Assembly: GCF_009834535.1 (NCBI RefSeq)
Contig: NC_045697.1
Span: 93,126,001 to 93,190,000 of the forward strand
Source of the DNA: Camelus ferus
Lineage: Eukaryota
Length of the DNA stretch: 64,000 bases
Direction: 5' to 3'
This document shows, in pieces, positions 39,421-54,330 of this stretch. Under the pieces are notes generated by a model that saw only the letters and a list, made by a program, of their open reading frames with translations, was not told the origin of the DNA and ran no database searches. How positions within the stretch are numbered: the first letter of the stretch is position 1; every line of letters starts with the position of its first letter. The position numbers and the translations under genes are program-made.

Positions 39421-40416
39421 TTATTTGTAATGGGAAAAGAATCATTTGTCTCAACAATTCCTCATACAAGTAAAAAGATGAAAAGACAGAGAAAGAAATT
39501 CTTATTCAAAAAATAAAGAAAAAAGCAAAACAAAGCAACATAAAAAAACCTATGAAAGTCAATGGAAATACATTCTGGAACTAGAAGTGAATTCTTACTG
39601 TGCATATAAGCAGAGAATAAGATGAATTGCAAGGTCCTTTTCACAGTCCAAAACTGACATACACGTGGGCACACTGAGAGACATTTAGGGAAACAGTTTT
39701 CTCTGCCATCCTGGCTGCTGGTGGGCTCTCTCTCAATAACAACTATGGAAATAAATTTGAATGAAACTTTGAACTGATTATGAAAGTCTCTTGCTTCAAA
39801 AAATTTTGATAGGTTTCAGAAATAAACATGTCATATTATAATTCTATCAATTATCATTAAAAATTGATATTCTTGGTTATACTCTGACTATATATTTTGT
39901 GTCATTTTAAAGAACAAATATATATCTCAATATAATGTTTTATGTGAGGTAAATCAATTTATGAGCCATACTAACAGCAGATTAAATCAAATGAAAATGC
40001 AATACTAACAATGTTATTAAAGTTAATATTTATATCACTAAGTGCCTAGATAAGGAATATTCCAGATAGCTAGCTATGTTTTATAATTTCTCAGTTTTCG
40101 AGTTAACAAATGTCTTTATTTGTTTCATAGTATTAATCCAAATTTTTCTAAAACAAGGACATTGTGAAAATGTGATTATAGTTAATATGAAACGGCAAAC
40201 ATGAGAAGCAATTCCACATATGGTGAAAAATAATCTTAAAAGGTAAGTGTATTACACTGTGGCAATTCACTGAATCAACTTATTTTCAAATCTAAATCAA
40301 ATCATTTTTCTAGAGTACTGTGAATTTAATCATGTATTTTACAGTGGTAATAATGTTTATATATTACCTATTTTCATACCTTTCAAGGAACTTATAACAA
40401 GATCAATGACAGATAC

Positions 40417-40864
40417 TATTGGTCTTCTTGTGGAATTTCTTCCCAATAAGTCCTAAGGAAAGGTCTTGGGCGCAGGTAATTTTGTTGGTTGATGATTCCA
40501 GGAGGCATAAGGGAAGAATTAGAGAAGTGAGATGAGACTAGGGAAAAGCTGATAAAGGATGTATTGATGAGGGAGTTATTGCTATGGGTTGATGTATCTC
40601 AATCCTGCTGAGATGTTTCTGAAAACAAGCATTATATCACCTCACCTGGGGCCCTGAATGGCATTAACTTCCCACTCTCGCCCAACATCCTACTCTACCT
40701 GTGCAGGATATTACTGCATCGAGGTGGGTCAAGCTTCACTGGGGACAAAGCCCTCATGCAGAGAAGACTAATAAGGAGCTTACAGCTGCTGCAGGTGAAC
40801 TTAGGTAGGCTGAAGAGATGTGGTGGGGGTCGGGGCAGGGGGAGGATCCCCAGCATCTGATACA
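40417..40864 (-). mobile_element. ERVL solo LTR (LTR33/LTR16-like)
   Basis: aaggtcttgggcgcaggtaattt..gattccaggag..agggaaaagctgataaaggatg..ctcaatcctgctg. Ends cagcatctgataca. Confidence 0.7.
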
Positions 40865-41629
40865 ATATCTATTGAAGGGATGCATGAGAATAAACTACTT
40901 TCGTTACAACATAAAATTTTTTCTTCTTAGAAGAAAAATGAAAAGGGAAAAGAGTGGCTTTCTGTAGCTCATGAAAAGAATATACATATTAACCAAATTA
41001 TTACATAATGTTTATCTAACACCAAACACATTCAATTTGATTCAAAAAACCCTATAATATCAACTTTCTTAGTATTTTTTAAGATCCCTTTTCTCTTCCA
41101 ACCATCTACGGACACTGAAATTCAGTCTTCCATTATTTTTCAGTTAGGATATCCTGCTTCCTGCCTCACATTTTCCCCTGCTTTCAGTCTTTCCTCTTGC
41201 AATATTATCCATTATGCTCTCAGATATTTTAAACAATGTAGCTAAAAGCATGCAACACTCTACCTTTAAAATTCTATGCTTCTTCATAGATCTCAGGATG
41301 ATATCCCATGTATATCTTTTCTCATCCATACATACTTTTTCAATGTATTCCCTTAACACCTTCTTCCCTTGCGCCTTACTCCAGCAACAAGGAAGTAGTA
41401 CTTACCAAATCTTGATTTATTTTGCCTTCAGGTCTTGATAAAATGATTAGACCTCTGTCGGTCCACGTGAAGATGCCTTTTTATCTAAGAATGTGTATTT
41501 TTATGTGACAATTTCTTTTCTTTTCTTTTGTTACTGTTGTTGTTGAGCAAGAAAAAAAAAAAGACTACTACCGTACGTAGTAATTACCAACCAACCCAAA
41601 TGAAAAACAGATGTTTAAATGGGGTTCTT

Positions 41630-42500
41630 TCTGTCACAGCTTTGGTTGAGGTATGAAGACATCCCAGTTTCCAGAGAGTCCACCACACAAACAGTTTCAA
41701 GTACAATAAATAGACAAAGACTGGGATCATGATTCCTGAAAGCCACAGCCACATGGGGGGACATAAATAGGCTGAAGTTGTGAGGCGGGCAGAGGTTCAT
41801 TGAGAAAGATTGCTTTGGAGAGAGCTGCTGATATTCCATAAACCCCATCAAGTGGGAGGGGCTGGGAGTGCCTTCGCCTCACTTCCAGCCAAATGAGAAT
41901 AGTATCAATAGACCATTCAAAAAGTCACGCTCGAGGGTCACAGTGGACAGGTGCCTGACTCCAACCTAGGACATAGACAAAACAAGAGACCAACTGCTAG
42001 TGGCTGTGGAGGCAGGAATAAAAAAAAAAAAAGCTGCTGCAGTTTCTTGACTGAATTTGAGCAAAGGGCAGCCAGGAAGTACTTCCTCTCAGCACTTAAC
42101 AGGAGTCAGATGGAAAGACAGACAGCCTGAGGGAACTGCGAACTCCAACAGGAAAAGTGTCTATGCAGTGAGCCAGGGCAAGAAAATAAAAGGGAATCGT
42201 GAACCAGAACTGAATGCATCACCCATTCAAGTGAAGTGCAACTAAACGGTCTTCAGTAGTGGATAGTTCCTGAAAAGCCAGTAAACCACACTGAGTAGGG
42301 AGTGATGTAGACACTTCTGGACCTATACACTGCAAGAGGATGTAGAAATAATGCTTGCTAAAAGTACTTTTCAAGCTTCTCTGAATTCTCCAATGTGGTC
42401 AGAAACCACACGTGGCAAGGGAACAGAGGAGAACAGGTGGAAAGGAAGGGCAGACCACATCCCTTGCACGACCATAGGAGACAGTCTGACACTGTTGCAT
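41630..42500. mobile_element. Probable ancient LTR-like repeat, family unassigned
   Basis: GC-richer, purine-rich block with no coding motif. The call rests on composition only. Confidence 0.3.
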
Positions 42501-42864
42501 TGGAGATCATTGCATCTAATGATCGAATTAAAGAACATTTAATGACTTAAAGCAAATATAGACTATTATTTACATAAAAGTAACCTGAAAAGTCATGAGG
42601 CCTGCCTGAGTTTTCCATTGGGAACAGAATAAAACCTTTTCTCTTGAATACATTTTAAACAACTTGGGTATACAAAGCGAAACTACCCATAATTATATGA
42701 CATGAAATTGTTTGTCAGACACAAATGCATAATTTTCACACAGAATAAAAATGTTACAAATTATTATAATCTGTAAAATAATTAGTTTTATCAGATCACT
42801 GGTGTTACTTAGTCTTGTTTTGTTATCTTTAATTACTTGCCATTACTCAAAAGTGTGAGCTGCC

Positions 42865-43080
42865 AATTCAGACTTTCTGAGTTTGAATCCTGACTTCTTG
42901 TTTTATTAGATATGTGGTTATTAGAAACTTATACATTTTATGAGCCTTGATTTCATTAATCTAAAATGGAGATAATATAGTGCTTATTTCATTATGGAAT
43001 TTTGGGAGGTGATTAAATGACTCAGAATTCGTGATATACTTAGTATAGGGAGCTGTCAATTAATGTTGCTATTATTATTT
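42865..43080 (+). mobile_element. MIR SINE
   Basis: ctgagtttgaatcctgacttc..gagccttgatttcattaatctaaaatggagataata..gattaaatga..gctattattatt. Confidence 0.8.
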
Positions 43081-46000
43081 ACATTCTACTGGCATCGTAA
43101 CCTAAAGGTCCAGCTCTTTGTTAATGCTTTTCTTTGAGCTCCTAACAAAAGAAATTTCAATCATCTCGCCCCAAACTAAATCAATGACCAATTTGCAATA
43201 TCATACAGGTATCAGTGATCTTATGTCAGAAAATTGTAGTACCAGTTACATGTGTAGAGTAGCAAATTTGGGGGCATATTAAAGAGGTCCAAAGATGTAA
43301 AGGAACACAGTATTTTCACACTGATTGTTTGTGTTGGAATTATCTCCTTGCTGATAACCTTTACAAGGATGTGGCCAACATTCAATGCTTCAAATGTGAA
43401 TCTTAAAGTAGCATACAAGCGTAAAACCCCTATACTAATCTGGAGAGCTGAGGAGACTATGATGGGGTTGTTTTACTCCTTTGATGCTGGTGAAACTGGG
43501 CCTTACCCTTGGGTTTCACTCCCAGGGAAGAGCTACAGGATCTTAGCTGTATACCAGACGTCCAAAAGCAGATCCAAAAATATATATTCCGCAGACCTTA
43601 CTATTTTCTCCACTGTGGAGGGAAAATAAGTTTATAAATAAAGCTTTGTCTTCGGGCCTGAGCCTTGTAAGTAGGGAACAAATCATGAGATATCTTTTAC
43701 TTTTAGTCTTAGAATTTCTGTTTAAAGCCTTAATATATACATAGTGATTAATCTAAGTGACACTAAACAGATTAGAGAGTCTAAAAAGCTGAGCTGTTGT
43801 TTATTATTTGTAACCGAGACCTCATGTGGGATATTCAGAAACACATACACATGAAAACACGTGATTACATCCCCTATAAAATGTATCATTTCAATACTTC
43901 AAATATGTCAGTACAAATTTTTTTTCTTTGCCATACTTTACATCTCATCATACGCTATTTTCTACAATTGTAAAGAATATTTGTGTAACCATAACCAAAT
44001 CTAGAAATAAAATCTTTGAAATAAGATAATATGGGCAATTTTGTTATGAACAGTTAGGAAGAAACTATTTAAAACAATTTGTATCAATAAATATTTCTTG
44101 TGGAGAGCAAAATTCTATTTTAAAAACACACACAGGACCTTAGAAATACTCTCTTCTCCACACATTTATGTGCTGCAGAGAAACATGCTCTTTATACTTT
44201 CTGTTCTATGAGACGGTCAGTGAAGTTCTAAGGTCACTGCCCTCAATTCCGTAATTTATTTTTTCATATTATCAAAAGTTGCAGGCATATGGCAAGTATT
44301 TTTCTTATTTGATGGAGTGGTGCAAAATAGATTTTCCACAGAATTGTAATTTTAATGTAACCATCTTGAAGAATTGTATTTTCATTTAGTGACATTTCAA
44401 CTTAAATATTTTAAGTATAGAAGAATAGCAAGCTATATTTTAATAAAAATGTACTATCTCCTTTGTGGATATTTCAAAACTCTGACAACAAATTCTGGAC
44501 TTCAAAATAAAGTTTAATTAAAATAAATACAAATATATTAATGATCATTACAAGTTTAGATTATGACGTTATTGACTATGATATTATAATTGTATACTGA
44601 AGAAAATAATTCAAGTGAACACATTAAAAGTATATTATTTTCTGAAAGTCTGAAACTCCTTGTGGGCAGATAAGTAATACTATATAAAACTATTTTCTTA
44701 AAGTATAGCCTAGCTTATAAAGATATTATTCACCTACTTAATCTAGTTGTAAAGTATAGTATTTCCCAGGAATGAGCAAATTTTGTTTATAATACTTCCA
44801 TATATTCACCTCCACGTTACTTCCTGATAATATGCAGTGGCTAAAAGTACGCAGTAAGTACTGAGTAAAGAGCCATTTTAACTTACACTGTTATCTTCAT
44901 ATAAGAAATATTCATGATATACAATATTCTTTTTTCTTTTTGTAACACTATATAATATATTATCTTTAAGGAAAAATTAACATTATTATTTTAAGACCTT
45001 TTAGAATCTCATTACTGAAGGAAAGGTAACATACACCAATACGCTGAAGTTAGCACAAATAACATTATGTATGTGTTGAATATAAGTTCTGTTTAGTAAT
45101 TAAGAAAATCTCACTTTTTGATCCTTTTAAATGCCAATAATTTCTCTTTTTTTTCTTGTTTTTATTCTTGTCTCTTGCAAGCACATAGGAAACTTTGTTT
45201 TTGTCAACTCTCTGAGTATTCATAAAACTGCAAATCCTGTGAGAAATAAACGTGTTCTTGGGCAATACTTGTGCAATGAGTCCTGGGGGAAAATCTATAT
45301 TATTGATAAAAAATAAGTATTTAATGATATTAAAATACATTAGTTACTTAAATAATATGCTTTTTTTACTTTACATAAAAAAAGTTTACCTGTAAGTATT
45401 TATGATATATATGCATTTATATATACATATAAACTTTAAAACAATGAGCATACTTTTTTCCCTTTTAAATGAAAATGGCATATTCATCATGTTCTTTCCA
45501 TATAAGAACATTTCCAATAGGTTAAGTACACCTATGATATATCAGATTTAATATTCTTAGAGCCACCTGCCCAGAAATGATGTTTCTACATGCACAGCTA
45601 ATAAGCACAGAAAGAGATTTAGAGGCTGCTGCTAGGCTGAGAGGTAAATGGGTGTGCCACACAATTCAAAATTCACCTAATAGATAAAAAAATTAAAAGC
45701 AAAAAAAATTTTACCTGATATTTCAAAACTAATTCTCTATGCAGTGGTATTTATTACATAAGAAACATTTGTTTACTTTCATATGAGCCACTAAAAGAGT
45801 ATTTTTAATAAATTAATTTTTGTGCTACATTTGTATATGTCTTGAATATTTTGAAACTCGGATTTTACCCACATTCTTGTAAAAGAAATATGCAATAAAA
45901 ACTGCATAGCTGATTATCAGAAAAAAATAATAATATAAAACAAACAAATCAACTACTTTTTAAAAGACAAAAATTTGGGAAATGCTTAAATACACTTTTG

Positions 46001-48186
46001 CCTTACTTTTATGGGGAAACACTCCCTTATCATAGGGATCATGAGTTACAAAGTTAATAATAGTAAAGATTATTATTTTACTGACTTCAACTACAAAAAT
46101 GCCTTTGAGGAAATGTTTTCTTTCCTGGATCTTGACCTAATCAGACAATTTTATGTGAGCTAATATATGTGGTCTGATAAGCTTTCAAGGGAGCCAATTA
46201 TGTGCTTTCCCACTATCAATATTGCAGTATAATAGCCTTTTCTGGGGTCTTTTGTACCTTTTTTTGGTTAATATTGAGTTAAGTTTTGCTCTTTGGGATG
46301 AAACATTCCCTCTAAGGCTGTTATTGCTGCTGAGAACTAGCAAAGATTACCAGCAGAACCGCTTATTTTGAAGAAAAAGAAACATATTTTTCCCAGAAAT
46401 GATTGTATTTTATTTCATAATCCATTAAACTGAGTTTAACTAGCACTAGAGAACTGCAGTAGCTTACTACAGAAAAAATGGAAAACTTCTATCAGATGAA
46501 AATTTCTGCAAATCATTACTGTAAGTCTCAAATAGAGATGCTAGCTGATAAGAGAAACCAATACTTTTAAACTTTCTCTGGTTTGTGTATCAGTGTGTCT
46601 GATGAAAACAGAACAAATGCCCACCTGAGAAAATCTCATCTTCAGTATAATCCTTTAGAATATTCGAAGTCCCAGAAAAACTGCAAAGCTGTTATCCAAG
46701 ATAAGGCAAGAATGAGCATTCTGTGCTCACATTTCATTCTCAATGGGATCTGGTCCTGGGGCTGAAATGTAGACCTGACCTCTGTCAGAGAAGAGATGTG
46801 CAAAATCTCTGCATTCATTCACATCTTTTGTGAATAATAAAGTAATAGAAACTTCTGATTTCATAAAAAATAAGGGAGTTCTCCATGTTTATATAATTCT
46901 GCATTATTTTTCAAATTTGTTTTATTATTATTTTGTCTTATTAAACATTCTGAGATGAGACTTTCAGATGCCTTTAAAAATTTGCTTAAATTTGCTATTT
47001 AAGATAATCTAATTTTCAGGAATAATAAAATAAAAATGATTCTTACATGGAAAGTGGTTTCTTTAAAAAATATAAGAATATAAGTAATTTCTGAAAAAAG
47101 ACAGAAACAGTTGCCAGTTAATTCCTTTTTTATGTAAGAAGTTATCAAACAATTTTTGAAAACATACAGCAGCAAATTTCAAATAATTGTTAAAAATGTA
47201 ATGTAAGAAACTTGGCCTGACAAATAAATACATACAAAATGTTCCTTACACTGTGTAAACTTTTGAAGTTTCTGTACCGATAGATTTGCCATCTATAACA
47301 TGCTTTATGGTACCTCTACACGAAAGAACAAAATATTGACTGTCATGAATCAAAAGTGGAAATGGTTTATATCCATTGTTTAGTATAGAGTTAGAGTACT
47401 CTGGAGTTTTCCAGATTTGTAAATCCCCAGATTTAACATCTTTGTATTTTGGTAATCATCTAGTAAGAATGATAGTTACATTTTGAATAGTATTCAAAAT
47501 ATTTGCAAACCTTTAGTTAAATGAATTTGACTCCTTCCTCCAAACTCCTTTCTCAGAACGTGCACTCTCTTCTCTGAGGGCAAATGTCACTTCATTTATT
47601 TACTATTTTCTCTAATCTAGCTTCTACTCAAGAACATACAACTGGAGCTTTTGAATAAATAAGGCTGCTAAACTCAGGCATTTTATTAAAGACTTCAAGA
47701 AATAAAGATGAGTAACAGAAAACAAGGACCCTTTCCTTGGTTAGAAACTAATTCTGAACTTATTTTTCTACAGTCTGTCAAAAATGCACAGAATTAGACT
47801 GCCTGGGTGCTAGCTGAAAGAAGCTATTTAATTATTCCATAACTTATGGGAAATAAATTGATTATAATAATATTGGTCTTAACATTTGAAAGTAATAATG
47901 ACATGTGTATTAAAGGAATGACATGAAAACTAAGTAAAATAATCCAAAAATAAGCATATGTACGGTGCCTAGAACATTCTAGATATCAGTAAGTTATCAT
48001 TAATATAATCATCACCAGTATCTTCATTATTATTACATTTTTCCATATCAGCCATATGTTACAGTTATATTAAAATTGTCCTATTTAGAAATCCTCAATT
48101 CCAAATTAAATTTCCAGTATCTGGTGAAAAATCATTCTAATGATCACATTTGAAAATACATTCCTGTGTCTGAGATACTTACAGCC

Positions 48187-48230
48187 AAAACAAAAACAAA
48201 AACAAAAACAAAAACAAAACAAACAAAAAA
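48187..48230 (+). repeat. (CAAAAA)n simple repeat
   Basis: Seen directly. Confidence 0.9.
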
Positions 48231-48384
48231 CCCCTTTCTTTACTAGTCTGAGCTTTTGCCTTCAATCAAAAGCTGGATAATGAAGGTAATGCCTCAAACT
48301 AGTAGCAAATAGTGGGACAGCAACTACCCTTCACTGATTAGAGTCTGTCACATAGTTGTACTTAACAAAAAATATCACATACAT

Positions 48385-51300
48385 TTTGCTTCTTGGTGGA
48401 GTGAAATATCTGGCCACAGATGAATGCTCCTACTTGGAAAAACCAGAAAAGCCAGATAACATAGAGGAATCATCTATTCAAATACAGCAGAGAACTGCTT
48501 AACATGATCTGATGTGGCTAAGATTCGGAAGAAGGAAGAAACTCAGAGAGAGAAGCTTGACTTTCTGGAGCACCTTTTACTTTCCAGGCGTATTTGCCAT
48601 GTCTGAACACAGTCAAGTGGCTGATGATTCTCTGCAAAGCAAAGTACAAAATAGGCAGAGGGCTGTTGAGAAGGACAAAGGTATATACAGAGCTTTTGAT
48701 GGAGCTCTGAGTGTCTCAAGCACATGATCATTTTCCCCTCAGAATGTTGGACGTATATGGGGGCTACATAGGGTGGGAGGAAAAATCTATAGAAAAAGCT
48801 TCTGAGAAGCAGAGAAAAAAAATTCTGAGTCACAGTAAAATGCTATTAGGGTCCTAGTGAATACACCAGGCTTATTGTGGAAAATGCTCGGATCCAGGAC
48901 GAAAAGGAGGCAGAATTAGCCTTAATAGGGGCTTTTATCCAGTTTTTTTTTTATCCAGCACAGCCTGTCTGATTGGGTTATGTTGACCATCTGTTATTGT
49001 ACCCAAGAAAAGGGCATGATGAGCTCTCCAGGTGACTACGTTTTAGAAAATGCATGCCTGGCAATGGATAGAATAGTTATATGAACAGCAAAAGACAGTA
49101 TATCCAATAATTAAGAAAAATTTTGAGAACAGACTCACAGATAATCTAGATATTGGAATTATCTGAAGAAGGATTTAAAAATCTCTGTATATTAGTACAA
49201 GAAAGTGAAAACAAAGCTAGAAAAAATTGAAGAATGAAGAATTTCAATAAAAGATTACAACTTTAAAAAATCTATTCAAATAGTAATGATATGACTGAAT
49301 GATTTTGTATATATATAGATAGGTTATATGTTAAATCTCATATGTATACATATATAAGTTATATATATATGTAATTAAGTCTCATAAGCATGTTTTAATA
49401 GGAGATGACAAACAATACAAGACAGTACTGGTGAATGAGAAAGTATGTTGACAGAAAATTACCAAATTGAAATGCACAAAGAGAATAGAATTGTAAAAAT
49501 TAAAAAATGGTAGACACTAATGGAAAAAGGCCTAAGATAAGTGTATTTGGTGGCCTGGAAAGAAAAAAGTGAGAGAATGTTGCAAAAGTAATAAACAAAT
49601 GATGGCTAAGAAATTTCCAAAATTTATTAGAAATCCATTCACAGACCCAGTAAGTTCTGTGAAAGCCAAAGAAAAAGTATAAAGGTAAAAAACATGAGGT
49701 GTTCCTTAATATGCCTTTGATTTGTTAAAAAAAATTAACAAAGACAAAGTTTTTAAACTAAATTGGAGGACAGAGTGAGGGAGAGCAGAGGAGAAATGAA
49801 GATATGCTGACTTAAAAGGACTCCCAAATAGACTGAGGTCTTATTTTTAAACAAAAGAAAAGAAGTTTAAATTTATAAATTGTTTAAAAGAGCTAAATTG
49901 AAGAGAAAATTTAAAAACTTTCAAATAAGACAAATAATTAAACATTTTCATTAAAATTTACTAAAAGGATTTCTTCATGTAGAAGAAAAATAATTATTTC
50001 AGAAAACACACAATTTCATTTAAACAAAGAGCAATGGAAAGAGTAACTATCTTGATAGATACAAATGAACAGTTATAAAATTCTGTATTAATACTAGTAC
50101 TGTCTCTTTCATCCAGTTTTACTGACATATAACACTGTATAAGTTTAAGGTGTACAACATAATGATTTGACTTAACATATGTTATGAAATGATTTCAGTG
50201 AACACGAATTATCTCATATAGATACAAAATTAAAGAAACAGAAAAAATATTCTTTGTGATAAAAACTCTTGTGATTTACTCTCTTAACTTCCATATATAA
50301 CACACAGCAGTGTTAGTTATATTTACCATGTTGTACATTACATCCCTAGTACATATTTATCTTAAAATTGGAATGATATACCTTTTGACTACCTGCATCC
50401 AATTCCCCCTCCCCCAACCCCTGCCTCTGGTAATTATCTTTTTCTATGAGTTTGTTTCTTTGCTTTTGGAGTATAATTTATCCACCTGTATTACCTACGT
50501 AACATAGAGTTGTAGTTGCAACTGGAATTTTGTACCTCTTAATCTCTCTCACCTGTATCTTTTCTCTCCCTACAGCCTCCCCTCTGGCAATCACCTGTTT
50601 GTTCTCTGTATCTGTGACTGTGTTTCTGTTTTGTTATGTTTGCTCATTGATTTTGCTTTTCAGATTCTACACATAAGCAAAATTATACAGTGTTTGTCTT
50701 TGATTTACTTCACTTAATGTAATACCCTCTAGGTCCATACCTGTTGCTTCAAATGGCAAGATGTCATTATTTTTTCAGGGCTGAGTTATAGATATGTATG
50801 TATAAATATATATAAAATGTTTTCTTTATCCATCTATTGATGGGCACTTAAGTTGCTTCCATATTATAAATTGGCTGTTATAAATATAATACTGCAATGA
50901 ACAAGGGGTGCACATATCTTTTCTAATTAGTGTTTTTCTTTTCTTTCAGATAAATATCCAGGAGTGGAATTGCTGAATCATACGGTAGTTCTATTTTTAA
51001 ATTTTTGAGGAATTTCTGTACTGTTTTCCATAGTTGCTGTACCAATTTACATTTCCATCAGCAATGTAGGGGGGTTCCCTTTTATCCACATCCTAGCAAA
51101 CACTTGTTATTTGTTGTCTTTTTGATAATAGCCATTCTGATAGATGTGAAGTTCTGTCTCATCGTGGTTGTGAATTGCATTTCCCTGATGATTAGTAATG
51201 TCGAGCATCTTTTCATGTGCCTTTTGGCTTCCTGGGGAAAATGTCCATCCAGATCCTCTATTCATTTTTTTTCAATCTGTCCATTTTTTAATATTTTTTA

Positions 51301-52745
51301 ATGTTGATTTTTTACGAGTTCTTTATATACTTTGGATATTAACCCCTTATTGGATACATCATTTGCAAGGTTCTTCTCCCATTCAGTAGGCAGCCTTTTT
51401 GTTTTGTTGAATTTCCTTCATGGTACAAAAGCTTTTTAGTTTGATATAGTCCTATTTGTTTATTTTTTCCTTTGTTCCTCTTGCCTAAGGAGACATACCT
51501 AAAAAAATAGCACTAAGACCAACGTTAAAGAACATACTGCCTATGTTTTCTTCTTGAAGTTTTACAGTTTCAGGTCTTACATTCAAGTCTCTAATCTATT
51601 TCAAAATTATTTTTGTGTATGGTATGAGAAAGTAGTCCAGTTTAATTATTTTGCATGTAGCTGTCCAGTTTTCTATATTGATACTAGTATTGTCTTTTAA
51701 GGATTTATATAAATATACATATGTATGTATGTTATATATATACACACATATACATATGTGTGTATATATATGTATATGTAATATGCAAGACAAAAAAAAG
51801 CAGAAGATGGAAAATAGATGGGAGATAAATATACTGGATGTATTATTTCATCTAATATTTTAACATCATTGAGGAAGAGGTTATATCAATTTGAACTAAA
51901 ATTGAATGAGTCAAGGATACATGTTGTCATCTCTAGGATTACTAAAGCATAGAGAAAGAATTTAGAAGAACATAGAGGGAATAAGTTAAAATAAAAACAA
52001 AAATAATCAAAAAGTACAAAAAATAGAGCATATGGAACAAAAAATAAGTAAGTTTAATAGAAAAAATAAAGCAGTAATGTGGTATAAATAAAGTTGAATA
52101 TATAATAATTAAATGAAATACTAATAAATTTAAATTTTTAATTAAATGGCAAAGACTATAAAACTTAAAAAAGAATAAATACAAAATAAAAATATTAACT
52201 GAATATTATTTACAACAGACACATCTTAAATACACAGGCCCAAATAAAAGTCTATAAAAACATAGCATAAAATAGTAATTAAAAGAAAGTTGATATTTCC
52301 AATACAAGACAAAGTAACCCATGAGACACAAAGCACTAGGTGATTATATATAGTTCACAACAGTATAAGGCTAAATACACTGGAAAATTAAAATTATTTG
52401 GCACAAGTAGATTTAAAATTTCAGTATCTTTCTAGCTAAGGCAGAGGTTACAAAGAAATGTGTGGCATTAAATTGAAATACTAGTAAAAAGAAAAGCTAA
52501 AAATAAATTATCTACTCTTCTATTTGATAAAGTAGAGAAAATAGTAAATCAAACTCAAAGTAATGAGAATGAAAAAAATAATAGAGACAAGAGATGAGGA
52601 AAGACTAAAACAGAGAAAATCAGCAGAGCCAATTCTTTTAAAACTATTAACAAAATAAAATCTCTATACTCACAGCAAGGCTTATCTAGAAAAACAAAGA
52701 CAAACAAACAAATTACTAAACTATGTAATGAAAACAGAAACTAGA
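48385..52745 (+). mobile_element. Very old L1 (5' UTR, ORF1 and endonuclease remnant), interrupted by a younger L1
   Basis: ORF1-like motifs at 49130-50050 (tattggaattatctga, atggctaagaaatttccaaaattt). Endonuclease-like ..IK.QRL..LQ.THLK at ~52140-52230. Confidence 0.65.
50110..51673 (-). mobile_element. 5'-truncated Laurasiatherian-type L1 with TSD
   Basis: L1 ORF2 end and 3' UTR (ggagtggaattgctgaatcatacggtagttctatttttaaatttttgagg). Flanked by tgtattaatactagtactgtct (50084-50105) and tatattgatactagtattgtct (51674-51695). Confidence 0.93.
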
Positions 52746-52759
52746 AGCTATCCTGACAC

Positions 52760-53030
52760 TATTGGTTGGGCCTCGGTGGTAGAAGCTGGCCTGGTAGACA
52801 CAGCTAGGCTTTTGTGTTCTGTTTAAGATAAACATTTTCACAGAACACTGATGTCAGACAAGGCCAGTCTGTGGCCATGAAGATCAAGTGAAATAGATTG
52901 TTTAATAATTAATGCTGAACACAGATGAAATCATGAACACTCTAACCATGTGCTCCTGTATGTTGGTTAATATGAATGACAGTTGCTACATTTTCAATTG
53001 TGGCTATAACCATGCTTCATTAGCCTTAGA
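52760..53030 (+). mobile_element. ERV1 LTR fragment, MER110-like
   Basis: aacattttcacagaacactgatgtcagacaaggccagtctgtggccatgaagatcaag..gctgaacacaga matches the recalled MER110 consensus. Confidence 0.65.
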
Positions 53031-54296
53031 TGCTCTGTCATCATAATCCTCAAGTTGCTAAAGACCCTGAAATAATTCATTGCCACAGAAAGGTGGTTAT
53101 GTTTACAAGGATCCATCTATCACTCAGGATAATGTATAATAAAAAAATGTCTTGTGATTTTTACTACTCAAAAATAAAACTGTTCTTCCAAAGACACTTT
53201 ATAGTATGTTTTAATGTCTCTAAAAAAATTATTTCCTTGGTTTATTTTTGTAAAGCAGAATGATTAGGTTCACTGCACTATCTGGTGTTTTAGATGCTAT
53301 TGTACCTGTTTCTGCTAAAGATGCTGATAAACTTAATCTTTTTGACATGGATTCTCCAGTTTAAATGCAGCTCTAATAACACCTGTTCCTTACCAAGTTG
53401 CTAGCAATAACACGGAGAGTAATTAAATTAAAAATGTGGTTTTCTTATTTGAAAGTCAACACAGTAATGTAATATTTGGCATCACTGGTATTTTAGTGCT
53501 AGGGAGAGGAGCTCTTAGGTGCAGTTACTTTAAATGATTTATCTCTATGTGCCCATTTGAGATTCTGATATGACTTGGACAGCAGGACTGATAATATAAG
53601 ACATTAAAGCATCTGGAAGGAGACCAAACTGTGAGTAAAGGAAATTGCCTATTCTTATGGATGATGTTTTATGCTATTTTTTTTTAATATAAGTAAAGCA
53701 CTCAAGAGACACTGACATGGTCCTAAAATATTTTTAAAGTATAGATTAATCTATAAAATACCACTTCTGGATTAAAAATCCTAAACCAAACAAAACTACA
53801 CTTTAGGTTTCCATTTTTAACCGGTGATAGAAAAGAAGAGAGACTTTTAAAATAATGGACACAAATAAAACTGTGCTTTTAAGTACTTATCCTCTCAAGC
53901 TTGCAACACATATCATCATCTCCAGGAAGAGGAAAAGGCCATTTTAAACCAAGGATGAGTCACTCACTCAGCATTCCCTCCACTGTTATAAGCCTGGAGA
54001 TAAAAAACAATATTCATTTTTCCTTAAGATTTGTGTTAACCATAGGCAATTGCACATTCTTTCCATAACCAAGATGAAGAAAAACGGGTACTGTTGTTAG
54101 CAGACTAAATCAAAGAACACTTTGGAATTCTAATTATTTTCTGTTGAAAGTAATTTTTTTCTTATATTACATTTATAAGTAAGTATATATTTTATAAGCA
54201 CTAAATACAAGAAAAATAAAGCACTATTAGTTACATAGTTTTGCTTTTGTCTCTAATTTAAAATGTTTGAGAATAGTCACTGGGAATGAAGTTTTT

Positions 54297-54299
54297 TGT

Positions 54300-54330
<31 letters not shown>
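54297..54330. repeat. (TG)n microsatellite
   Basis: Seen directly. Confidence 0.95.
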
